This document shows positions 1-8,657 of a stretch of 64,000 nucleotides of DNA, in pieces; the stretch's first letter is position 1, and every line of letters starts with the position of its first letter. The notes under the pieces were generated by a model, which was given only the letters and a program-made list of their open reading frames with translations, ran no database searches and was not told the DNA's origin. The position numbers and the translations under genes are program-made. The stretch is from an uncultured Pseudomonadota bacterium (lineage in GTDB: Bacteria > Myxococcota_A > Polyangia > Fen-1088): the NCBI GenBank assembly GCA_963847705.1, contig CAWKBC010000047.1:128001-192000 (forward strand), given 5' to 3'.

Positions 1-723
1 GCCCGAGAGGTCGCTGCGGCGCCAGGCGTGGGTGATGCCGGTGGAGCAGGTCGCGTCGCCGGTGCCACAGTCGCTGGCGAACAGGTTCTTCCAGTTGCGG
101 ATGAGCGACTTGCGGGTGTCGCTGGCGCAGCTGTAGTTTCCGTCGTGCGTGAGGCCGAAGTAGAGAACGGCGAGCGCGTCAAACGACGGCTGGTTCTTGA
201 AGAGGGCGCCCGACGGGTCACCGAAGGTGTACGTCACGCCGCTGTCGGTTCCGGTCCCGCCCGCGAGGATGTGCATCGCCGTCGCGGAGCCGAGCCCGGA
301 CGCGGCGCTGCTGGAGCAGCTCATGACCTGGTTGGCCGAGATCGCCACGCCGTCGAGACCGACGAGCAGCCCGGCGGTGAGGCCCGCAGAGGCCGAGACC
401 GCCGGAGCCGTGTAGACCGAAGCGACGGTCGAGCAGAACTCGCTGTTCTTCAGCGCGCTCGACATCGGGCTCACGGCCTGAAGGCTCTGGTCCATGTTGC
501 CGGCGCCGACGCGAGAGCCGCCGCCCTGATAGGTGATCGGGTTGGTGGTCCAATCCGAAAACTGCGCACTACATGCCGAGAAGACGTCGTTGTTGGTGAC
601 GTCGAACAGTGTGTCCGAACCATTCAGCGCAATGCCGCTGCCGTTGGTGTCCGCGGCAGCCGCGAGACCGGCAGCGCCGGCACCCGCGAGCAGGAGCGCG
701 GCGCCTGCGATAGAAGTTCTCAT
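1..723 (-). CDS. Secreted Cys-containing PstS-like / periplasmic-binding-protein-fold protein (3' end runs off window; absent from ORF track)
   Basis: Read manually: ATG at 723 with GGGAGG RBS; MRTSIAGAALLLAGAGAAGLAAA signal peptide, then ALNGSDTL, YQGGGSRVG and HAWRRSDLSG, resembling PstS-family GS-T, GSG-G and R-D-SGT motifs; open to base 1. Confidence 0.75.
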   Translation of the reverse strand, partial: MRTSIAGAALLLAGAGAAGLAAAADTNGSGIALNGSDTLFDVTNNDVFSACSAQFSDWTTNPITYQGGGSRVGAGNMDQSLQAVSPMSSALKNSEFCSTVASVYTAPAVSASAGLTAGLLVGLDGVAISANQVMSCSSSAASGLGSATAMHILAGGTGTDSGVTYTFGDPSGALFKNQPSFDALAVLYFGLTHDGNYSCASDTRKSLIRNWKNLFASDCGTGDATCSTGITHAWRRSDLSG

Positions 724-805
724 ATCAAGCCTCCCTATCCTTTGTTGTGTCTTGTCGAATCGCGTTTCCCGGCCGTTCTGGCCGGGAATTCCAGGCCCTC
801 GCCAT

Positions 806-821
806 AACAAAGATCGGGCCA
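806..821 (-). promoter_or_regulatory. Possible sigma54 -24/-12 promoter for the PstS-like gene
   Basis: Minus strand TGGCCCGATCTTTGTT: GG-N10-GT, imperfect -12. Confidence 0.35.
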
Positions 822-1228
822 AATCCCGGCGCCTCCTCCCGTCGAGCTAACCCTCGGCTTCTGCTCCCGATTTCCCGCTGAGCGCCAAAGCGCCCAACCT
901 GGGTCCGGGAAAGACGATTCGATTATCGGTGGTCTCTCCCCGATTTTCGGAGTAACCGGCCAAACGATTGCTTTCTGGAAGCTCGCCGATCCGTTCCGAG
1001 AACCGTATGCCGTTTTCCGATTATCGAACGGCCGGCGAGGCCCCGCAAAACGAGCACGCTCGCGGTGTTCCCCCTAACGGAGCCTAATGATTGAGCATTC
1101 TCGAGCCCGCCCAGCGAAGGGCTCCGCGGCCCAGGAGTTGCTCTCGGAAGGGCCGACGCTGGCGGTCTGCGCTCGGTTGCAGGGGCCAGCAATTCAACCA
1201 ATCAAGAAATTTTTGGGAGGACATCGTG

Positions 1229-2642
1229 ATGATTCGAAATTCTCTGAAACTGACGGCGCTTACGGCTGTCGCGCTCGCAGGCGGGGCGGTCGGCCTCAAT
1301 TGTTCCAAGGGAGGCGGTACTGACACGGGGAGCTTGAAGATCGCGTTCGCCAGTCGGCGGCGTCGTCCTCAACGCGGTCGCCTACAAGATCACCTCGAGC
1401 CTGACCGGCACCACGATCGTGTCGGGGACCATGAACACCTCTGACCCGAACGCGACGGCGTCGCTCGATCTCGCCCTCCCGCCGACTGCGGCGGGCGCGA
1501 CGGACACGGTCGTCCTGACCGCGACGAGCGCCGGCGGCGTGGCCTGTGCCACCGCGCCGGCCACCTTCACGGTGACCTCGGGCGCAAACACCGACGTCAT
1601 GTTGACGATGGTCTGCGGCACCTCCGTTCCGCAGACTGTTCCCGGCACGGTCGACATCACCACGACCGTTTCGTCGAACAACAGCTGCCCCAGCATCACC
1701 AGCGCGGTTGTGGCTCCTGACCAGACCTCGGTCGGCGCGACGGTCGCCGTCAGCACCACGGGCGCGGATCCGGACAGCGATCCGCTGACCTTCGCCTGGG
1801 GCCCCACGGCCAACTTCGCGGCGCCGACGGCGGCGTCCACGACCTATACCTGCACGACGGCCGGCGTCCAGCCGATCACGCTCACCATCAGCGACGGCAA
1901 GTGCAACGCGACCGTCACGCTGAAGATCACCTGCGTCGGCGCGGGCGCTGGCGGCGCGGCCGGTGGCGCGGCTGGCGCTCCGGCGACCGGCGGTGTGGTC
2001 GGCACGGGCGGCATCGTGGCGACCGGCGGCGTGGTCGGCACCGGCGGCGTGGCCGGCGCGGCTGGCGCCCCGGCGACCGGCGGCGCGGTCGGCACGGGCG
2101 GCGTGGTCGCCACTGGCGGCGTGGTCGGCACCGGCGGCGTGGTCGGCACGGGCGGGACGATGGGCGTGGCTTGCAACACCTGCGAGTTCAACGACTCGGC
2201 CCCGCCGCTGTCGTTCTGCGCGGGGACGACGATCGCCGCCTCGACGACGACGCTGTCGGCCTTCGGCTGCGACGGCTTCACCGCGGCGGCCGACGTGGCG
2301 AGCTGCAAGGCCCTCGCGGCTTGCCTTCGTGGCGCGGCCTGCCAGACGGCGATTCAGACGGCGACGTCTGACTACGCCGAAGCGGGCAGCAACTTCGACG
2401 ATCCGCACCCCTGCCTCTGCGGCGGCGTTTCGCTGGCGACCTGCCTCGGGGCGTCGACCTTCACGGGCGTTTGCCAGGCTCAGTACGTTGCCGCCTCCAA
2501 CGGTGGCAGCCCGCTGAACAACTTCGGGAACAACGCGCTGCCGATCGGCATCGCGAACAACCTGATGACCTGCGACGTCGACTCGACCGTGGCCGACAAC
2601 GGCCTCCAGAACTGCGGCGCTTCCTGCGGTCTCGGCCAGTAA
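1229..2642 (+). pseudogene. Surface lipoprotein (Ig-like stalk, GGVVGT linker, Cys-rich C-terminal domain), frameshifted at ~1352, probably a sequencing indel
   Basis: GGGAGG RBS and ATG 1229 give lipoprotein signal MIRNSLKLTALTAVALAGGAVGLNC; a +1 shift near 1352 joins it to ORF 1419..2642 via VGGVVLNAVAYKIT. Confidence 0.75.
1960..2160 (+). repeat. Coding tandem repeats (GGVVGT/GGVVAT and AGAAGAPATGG units)
   Basis: Repeated ggcggcgtggtcggcac-type 18-bp units in the linker. Confidence 0.8.
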
Positions 2643-2694
2643 CTCGCCGAGCAGCGGTGAGCCCGCGCCGGCGGGTCTGAAATCCGGCTAAAGG

Positions 2695-2734
2695 AAAGGG
2701 CGCGTTCGGGAAACCGGATGCGCCCTTTTTCTTT
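2695..2734 (+). terminator. Rho-independent terminator
   Basis: GGGCGCGTTCGG-GAAA-CCGGATGCGCCC stem-loop followed by TTTTTCTTT. Confidence 0.85.
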
Positions 2735-2798
2735 GGCGGCCCTCGTAACGGAAGTGTTGCACTCCCGAAGGTCGGCGTGCCAACCTTGCCTGCGTCAG

Positions 2799-3539
2799 AT
2801 GAAGCCGAACGCAGCTCGCAATGTCACGATTTGTTTGCGCTCGGTTGTCGGGGGAATCCTGGCCGGTCTCGTGGGTTGCAGCGGTTCAATGCCGCCTGAC
2901 GTCGAGGCGAACGTCGCTTTCGTCCTTCCAAATGGATGGAACGTCGTTTCCGCCACCTATGTTGTTTGGTCGTCTGATCAGGTCGCCATCCTCGAGGGGA
3001 CTGAACGTCTCAGTGACCCCAGCGCCCCGCTCTCGCTCAGTCTGCTGGTGCCGGCGGGAAGCGGCGACCTCCTGGAGCTGACCGTGATGACCAGCGATGG
3101 CGAGTCCTGCAGCGGGACCAGCGTGCCGTTCAACGTGGTGGCAGGGGTCCCGACGAACGTCGGTCTGGTGTTGTCCTGCCTCCCCGCCAGCCCGCCCGCC
3201 GACAGCTGTCCCACGGTCGATGTGGAGCTCCCCACGCCCGCGGAGGCAAGCGCGCCTTCGGGCCGGATCACGGTCGCCGCCCTCGCCAGCGACAGCGATC
3301 CGGGGGACCTGCTCACCTTCTCCTGGGCGGCGTCAGCAGGCACCTTCGGTGACCCGGCGGCGCCATCGACCGACTACCTCTGCACGACGGCCGGCACGCA
3401 AACGCTGGTGCTCAACGTCGATGATCATCACGTTCCCAGCAGCTGTACCGAGACCTTCCTCTTGCCGGTCACCTGCCTGGCGGATCCAGGCGACGCCGGC
3501 GCCTGCACCGACGGCTGCGGGCCGCCCTCGGGTTCCTGA
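2799..3539 (+). CDS. Lipoprotein consisting only of the Ig-like stalk module, paralogous to the upstream gene's N-terminus
   Basis: Lipobox LVGC; shared CP...D.D..LTF.W...F..P....T.Y.CTTAG motif. Confidence 0.75.
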   Translation: MKPNAARNVTICLRSVVGGILAGLVGCSGSMPPDVEANVAFVLPNGWNVVSATYVVWSSDQVAILEGTERLSDPSAPLSLSLLVPAGSGDLLELTVMTSDGESCSGTSVPFNVVAGVPTNVGLVLSCLPASPPADSCPTVDVELPTPAEASAPSGRITVAALASDSDPGDLLTFSWAASAGTFGDPAAPSTDYLCTTAGTQTLVLNVDDHHVPSSCTETFLLPVTCLADPGDAGACTDGCGPPSGS

Positions 3540-3541
3540 GG

Positions 3542-4251
3542 TCAGTGCTTCACCTGCACCGTCCCGAGCGGGATCTCGACGGTGCTCGCCAGGCTCCAGC
3601 CGTCGCAGAGCACCGCCTTCACGGCTTGCGGACCCGCCGGCCAGTTCGATGAAGGGATGCTCACAGCGAAGGATCCGGGCCGGTTCATCAAGAAGGCGAG
3701 CCCGTTCACCTCGATGACCCCCAGCACGGAGTCGCCGTCGGGATCGTCGATGACGGCCGTGAAGGCCAGCTCGGCGCCCGGCGGTGGCCGGAAAGTCACT
3801 GAGCTTCAATCGTGGGCGCTCGATTGTCTGGCGGGGGCGGCCCCTTGACCGGCTGCGCAGCCCACCGTCGGAGGGTGTCGCTCTCCCATCCGGGCAGCGC
3901 GGGACTCGGTTGGGGCGGCATTCGAGGCCACATCGCGCCCTGCTGCGCGACGACGTCGGTCTCGATCTGAGGCGGCGCCAGCGAAGAGCCGGCGAGGATC
4001 GACCCACTCCCCAGCGCCAGCGCCGCGTCGCCGCAGACGGCCGCCGTGACGTCGAAGAAATCGAACCGGTAACCGCCGCCCGTTTGCCCCGCGTTCCACC
4101 CGTGGCATCCGTTGCACTCGCCACGGAAGATCGGCGCCACGTCGGCCCAGGCCGGGTTCGCAGGCTCGGCCGGCGTCGAGCTGCAGCCCATGCCAGCCAG
4201 GAGACCGAACACCAGAAGACCGGCGAGGTCGAGGGGGCGCTTCCGCGTCAT
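3542..4251 (-). pseudogene. Monoheme cytochrome c lipoprotein with C-terminal Ig-like domain, split by frameshift at ~3800
   Basis: Lipobox GMGC, CNGCH, RMPP axial-Met motif; NRAPT continues in another frame as FTAVIDDPDGD (ORF 3542..3799). Confidence 0.7.
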
Positions 4252-4255
4252 CGTT

Positions 4256-4834
4256 CTAGTCCGCGCCCTGGTCGCGGGCAGCGTCGGAGATCGGTCCATC
4301 GATCGCCCCAGCCTTGGCGTCGCTACCGCTGATCGATGCGTCGGCGCCCCGGAGGCCAACCGGATATTCGAACGCGCCGTTCAGGATCCAGCGCTCGACC
4401 AGCTCGATGTCGGCTTCGGGCAACGGCCGATCGGGCGGCATCCGGGGCGCGTCGCGGGCGCGCAACATGTTGACCACGCGCGAGCCGGCGGGATCGTAGG
4501 GCGTGACCAGCGGGCGCTCCTTCTCCTCGCAAACGTGCGTCCCATCCACCGTTGCGCAGGCAGTGCCGAGGGGCGCCGCGGCGTCGGGCGGAGACACCAC
4601 CCAGACCCAGAGCTGCGTCAGGCTGGCGTAGCCGTTCGCCGGTGTCGAAAAATCCAGGCCTGACACCGCGGCAGCGGGGTTGTGGCAGCTCGTGGTGGCG
4701 CAGTTCGGCTGGAAGATGGCGGGCGAGATGTAGCCCCACTCGGCCGGCCGATCGTCGGTTTGACTGCAGGCACCCGCGCCAATCACCGCGACGACGAGCG
4801 TGAGCCAATGCGCCGTGTTCACGGAGAGACCCAA
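4256..4834 (-). CDS. Putative c-type cytochrome lipoprotein (CX4CH)
   Basis: Lipobox AGAC; IFQPNCATTSCH; P.DP..S; RMPPDRPL...I..WI..GA as in planctomycete-type cytochrome c domains; start may be GTG 4822. Confidence 0.75.
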   Translation of the reverse strand: MGLSVNTAHWLTLVVAVIGAGACSQTDDRPAEWGYISPAIFQPNCATTSCHNPAAAVSGLDFSTPANGYASLTQLWVWVVSPPDAAAPLGTACATVDGTHVCEEKERPLVTPYDPAGSRVVNMLRARDAPRMPPDRPLPEADIELVERWILNGAFEYPVGLRGADASISGSDAKAGAIDGPISDAARDQGAD

Positions 4835-5005
4835 CCCAAGGCCGCGCGTATATCAAAGGCGACGCTCCCCCGGTGTGACGAGTGTGAAAATGTCCCGCGG
4901 CGAATTGGTCAGGCACACAGTCGGGGGGCTGAGGCCGCCGTCGTCGGGCCTGCGACGCACCCAGGCGCACGCTGGCCTTCAGCCGCACCGCTTCCGGCGC
5001 CGTCG

Positions 5006-5491
5006 TCAGGCGTGCGACGGAACGAAGCTGACCGCGCCGATCCGCACGGGCGCCGCGCCTTTCGTGATCCCCCCAGCGGCCTCGAGTTGCATCGGCTTCG
5101 TACAGGAGAGACCACCGCGGCTCATGAACCGAAGCTCGAAGTTGCCCGCCTGGCCGGCCTCGATCGACAGCGGATCGCTGGCCTTCCAGGTCGTGGTGGG
5201 AACCGCGCGCCCGTCGGCGCCGCGCAGGCGAAAGGCATCGCGGTGGATCACCAGCGGCGGCGGGGCCGCATTGCGCACCTGCACTTCGATCCTGGCCTCC
5301 ACGAGGTTGACGCCGGGAAGCTCGGTCTCGACGGTCTCGGTACAGCTCTGGCCAATGACCGCGATCTCGACGCCGCTCGGATCCGCGGCGGCGCCGCTGT
5401 TTTGAACCGGTGGATGCAGCGCGCAGGCAGGCGTCAGCGCGGCGAGAGCAATGGACGTGAAGAACAGGATTCGGGTCTGGTCAATTTTCAT
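5006..5491 (-). CDS. Small lipoprotein, Ig-like (DUF4352-like) fold
   Basis: GGAGG RBS, ATG 5491, lipobox TPAC, V.V.N...F.L...DG....I.AG.....L.F pattern. Confidence 0.7.
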   Translation of the reverse strand: MKIDQTRILFFTSIALAALTPACALHPPVQNSGAAADPSGVEIAVIGQSCTETVETELPGVNLVEARIEVQVRNAAPPPLVIHRDAFRLRGADGRAVPTTTWKASDPLSIEAGQAGNFELRFMSRGGLSCTKPMQLEAAGGITKGAAPVRIGAVSFVPSHA

Positions 5492-5515
5492 GGAAGCGCC
5501 TCCATCCCCAACAAA

Positions 5516-5531
5516 AGCAGCGGCCGTGCCA
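5516..5531 (-). promoter_or_regulatory. Sigma54 -24/-12 promoter
   Basis: Minus strand TGGCACGGCCGCTGCT, near-consensus TGGCAC-N5-TTGC. Confidence 0.85.
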
Positions 5532-5548
5532 TTATAGAAATTGAGCAA

Positions 5549-5561
5549 AATCAAACACTTG
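5549..5561 (+). promoter_or_regulatory. IHF binding site
   Basis: AATCAAACACTTG matches WATCAANNNNTTR exactly, in an AT-rich patch between enhancer and sigma54 promoter. Confidence 0.7.
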
Positions 5562-5585
5562 TGGCAGGCCACGTTTCTCGGGGGC

Positions 5586-5618
5586 GGAGATTCTCCCTGA
5601 GGCCCAGGAATTTCTCCC
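5586..5618 (-). promoter_or_regulatory. Tandem enhancer (UAS) for a sigma54 activator
   Basis: Minus strand GGGAGAAATTCC and GGGAGAATCTCC, 21-bp period; same motif recurs at 10138..10170. Confidence 0.7.
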
Positions 5619-5855
5619 TTGATGACAACTCAGCCGGTTGGATCGGCTGGCGACGGCGGAGCCGCCGGGGCGGAGGCGCGGCCGGATCGAGCGGCGGAGT
5701 CGGTGCCGGCGGGGCCGGTCCTGCCGGGGGAAGGCGTTGGCCACGCCGGAGGCGGCGGCGCTGGCGGTCAGAGTGACGCCGGCGTCGACCGACCGCGGTT
5801 CCCCGGCCCGGCGTCAGCCATCCGCCAAGGAGGCGGCGGCAAGGGTGGGCGCTCA

Positions 5856-7052
5856 TCAAAGCATCAGATTGATCTGGAGCGTGATGAGCTGGGTTCGGCC
5901 GGCGGTTGCCGGGAGCGTCACCGATCCGAGCGCCGCCATCCTGGGGCTCTGCTGATCGCCGTAGCCGTACCGGAGCTTCAGGATCAGCGTCGGGGCCGAG
6001 ATGTAGTAGGCGATCTGCCCCTCGGCCGAGAAAAAGCGATCGTCGGCGAGGGCTGTGCTGGGGTTGGTCCAGCTGATACGAACGGCGGCGTCGAGCCGCT
6101 TTGGGAGCAGCAGAACCCCGAGCTGTCCCCACAGTCCCAGCGACAGGAAGCTCGAGCTGCCCGCCGGATAGGTCCGCCGTACATAGCCCTCGCTGAGGAA
6201 CATGAGACGGCGCGATTGGAGGAACAGATCCGCGCCGCCCGCCCGTTCCTTGTTGGTCATGCCCGTCGGCGTCGCCGTGTAGAGAAAGCTGTTCGGATCG
6301 AAGTTCTCGGTCGCGTCCTGGATGTTCCCGAAGTAGCCCTGGATCGTGAAGGAGACGCGCGTCGGGGCTGGGGTGTCTCCCAGCACGTAGGCGTACTCGG
6401 CGTCGCCGGTCTTCCCCATCGGGTTGGCCGTGACGCGCCCCTCGACGAGGTAGTTCCCGGCGATCGTCGTGAACTGGCGCAGCGGCGAGCCGCCATAGTA
6501 GCCCGCGAAATAGTCAATCCGATCGGAAGCAAGCGAGCCGTACGCCGTGATCCCCTTGTCACGGCCCGTCCAGAAGTAGTCTGGGACCGGTCCCGTTTCG
6601 GGGAAAAGGCCCCGGTAAAGGCCGAAGGACTCGTGGCGTGAGAAGGGTGTGTCCTGCTGCCCGCCGCGGATGCCGAATGCCTTCACTGGCCTGACGTCGA
6701 GGTAGGCGTACAGCAGGTAGGGAGGGTTATCGGCGAGCTCGGCTGTCGTCAGGAACGTGATCCAGGGCCGTACCACGTTCCCGCCCAACGACGGGCGCGC
6801 CGAGTAGATCGCGTCGCGATTCTGCGAAACGCCGTTCAGATACCTCGGCTCGAACCGATATGCCCCCTGCAGGCCGATCCGAAGCCGGTAGCTCTCGTCA
6901 GGGGACTGGAGGACGAACCCTTCTCCAGGATCGTAGCCCGACAACCCCGGTTCTCGTTCGGTATCTCCCCCTTCCGCGTTCGCCGCCACACCTCTCCCGG
7001 CACACATCGAAACGACAGCACACGCGACAATCGCCCTTGGACCTCTCGACAT
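5856..7052 (-). CDS. OprO/OprP-family (phosphate-selective-like) porin
   Basis: Signal peptide; GFVLQSPD..YRLRI, YAYLD, GQQDTPFSRH, GRDKGI motifs; alternating beta-strand pattern. Confidence 0.75.
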   Translation of the reverse strand: MSRGPRAIVACAVVSMCAGRGVAANAEGGDTEREPGLSGYDPGEGFVLQSPDESYRLRIGLQGAYRFEPRYLNGVSQNRDAIYSARPSLGGNVVRPWITFLTTAELADNPPYLLYAYLDVRPVKAFGIRGGQQDTPFSRHESFGLYRGLFPETGPVPDYFWTGRDKGITAYGSLASDRIDYFAGYYGGSPLRQFTTIAGNYLVEGRVTANPMGKTGDAEYAYVLGDTPAPTRVSFTIQGYFGNIQDATENFDPNSFLYTATPTGMTNKERAGGADLFLQSRRLMFLSEGYVRRTYPAGSSSFLSLGLWGQLGVLLLPKRLDAAVRISWTNPSTALADDRFFSAEGQIAYYISAPTLILKLRYGYGDQQSPRMAALGSVTLPATAGRTQLITLQINLML

Positions 7053-7256
7053 GGCCCCTCCCAAAGGCCACGCAAGCTAGGGTCGGCGTCAGGCTTCGCA
7101 AGATCGGCGATCGGTCGGAGCGGAAGAGGCGACGAGCTCAGCGTCGCTGCGCCGGCGACACCGAGGAGCATCAGAACGTCACCAGCGAGGTCGTCGTCGC
7201 GCTCCAGAAGGCGGACTTCGAAGATCTTCGAGCCCGGGCACACGACAACTGATGGA

Positions 7257-8657
7257 TCAGTCGGACTTCGGAAGATCGGAGCTGTTTGGTCCGCGGCGCT
7301 CGGCCGACTCATCGCTCAGCCACTTCGCGAGCGTCTTCCCGTCGACGCCGAGCTGATCGGCCGTGCGACCGCGCTGGCCACCGAACTGGGCAAGAGCCCA
7401 GGCAGCATAGCGGCGCTGCAGCTCGCGAAACGGAATGACGCCGCCCCGAAACTCCAGGTCGGAGGGAGGGCCGCCGCGTTCGATCTCGGTGGGGAGATCT
7501 TCCGGGCCAGCCTCCTCCTTCCGCGCCAGCAGCACCACCCGCTCGACCGTATGAGCCAGCTCGCGCACGTTGCCGGGCCAAGAGTAGGTCAGCAACAGCT
7601 TCAGGGCTCCCACGGTAAAACCACGCATTGGCGAATTTGAATGGCGCTCCCGAGCAAGCGTCAGGAAGTGACCCAGGATCGCCGGGATGTCCTCCCGGTG
7701 ATGGCGCAAGGCGGGAAGCGACACCGTGACGACATCGAGGCGATAGAGGAGGTCTTCCCGAAAGGAACCGGCCCGAACCGCGTCCTTGAGGTCGCGGTTC
7801 GTCGCCGCGACGATCCGCGCGTTGACCGCGCGCTCGCGCGTGGCGCCAACCGGGCGCACCGAGCCACTCTCCAGCACATGAAGCAGCTTCGATTGCAGCC
7901 CGATCGGCATCTCGCCGATCTCGTCCAAGAACAGGGTGCCGCCGTTCGCCTCGGCGAAGAGCCCGGGGCGATCGGCAGTGGCCCCGGTAAAGGCGCCCCG
8001 GACGTGGCCGAAGAGCTCGCTCTCCAGGAGCGCCTCCGGGATGGCAGCACAATTCACGTGGACGAAGGGCGCACCGCTCCGATGGCTTTCAGCATGAAGG
8101 GCCCGCCCGACCACGCCCTTGCCAGTTCCGGTTTCGCCGGTAATCAAGACCGGGACGTCGGTGTCGGCGACGCGTTCGATCACATCGATGACGGCCCGCA
8201 TGGCCGGCGTGTCGCCGATCAGGTTGGCGGCGGAGAACCTCTGCTTCAGGGTCTTCCGCAGGGCGGTCGCCTCGTGTCTCAACCGGTGCTCTTCGAGCGC
8301 GCGGGCCAGGAAGATCCGAAGCTCATCCAGCTTGAATGGCTTCGTGAGGTAGTGATAGGCGCCTTGCCGAATCGATTCGACCGCAGAATCGATCGCGCTG
8401 TAGGCGGTCATCACGATGACCGGCGGACCCGGGGCGACGCGACGAGAGGCAGCCAGGACGGCCAGACCGTCCACGCCCGGCATTCGCAGGTCGGTGACCA
8501 CTGCGTCGAGGGGCTCGGCCGCCAGCCGGTCGACGGCCTCCTGACCACCGGCAGCGATGACTGCGTCGTAGCCGTGCTCGGTGAGACCGTCGGCGATCGT
8601 CCGCGCCATTTCGACGTTGTCGTCGGCAATCAAGATTCGCGGCCGAGGACGATTCAT
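7257..8657 (-). CDS. Sigma54-dependent response regulator, NtrC/AtoC family (REC-AAA+-HTH)
   Basis: ILIADD/TDLRMP receiver, GETGTGKG, ESELFGHVRGAFTGA, LFLDEIGE, WPGNVREL, C-terminal Fis HTH. Confidence 0.97.
   Translation of the reverse strand: MNRPRPRILIADDNVEMARTIADGLTEHGYDAVIAAGGQEAVDRLAAEPLDAVVTDLRMPGVDGLAVLAASRRVAPGPPVIVMTAYSAIDSAVESIRQGAYHYLTKPFKLDELRIFLARALEEHRLRHEATALRKTLKQRFSAANLIGDTPAMRAVIDVIERVADTDVPVLITGETGTGKGVVGRALHAESHRSGAPFVHVNCAAIPEALLESELFGHVRGAFTGATADRPGLFAEANGGTLFLDEIGEMPIGLQSKLLHVLESGSVRPVGATRERAVNARIVAATNRDLKDAVRAGSFREDLLYRLDVVTVSLPALRHHREDIPAILGHFLTLARERHSNSPMRGFTVGALKLLLTYSWPGNVRELAHTVERVVLLARKEEAGPEDLPTEIERGGPPSDLEFRGGVIPFRELQRRYAAWALAQFGGQRGRTADQLGVDGKTLAKWLSDESAERRGPNSSDLPKSD

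Noticed and set aside
28-807. 259-aa plus-strand ORF
   Set aside because: Antisense shadow of the real minus-strand gene 1..723, which has RBS, signal peptide and family motifs
7060-7255. Possible small gene between porin and regulator
   Set aside because: Frames are open on both strands, but there is no convincing start, RBS or recognisable motif
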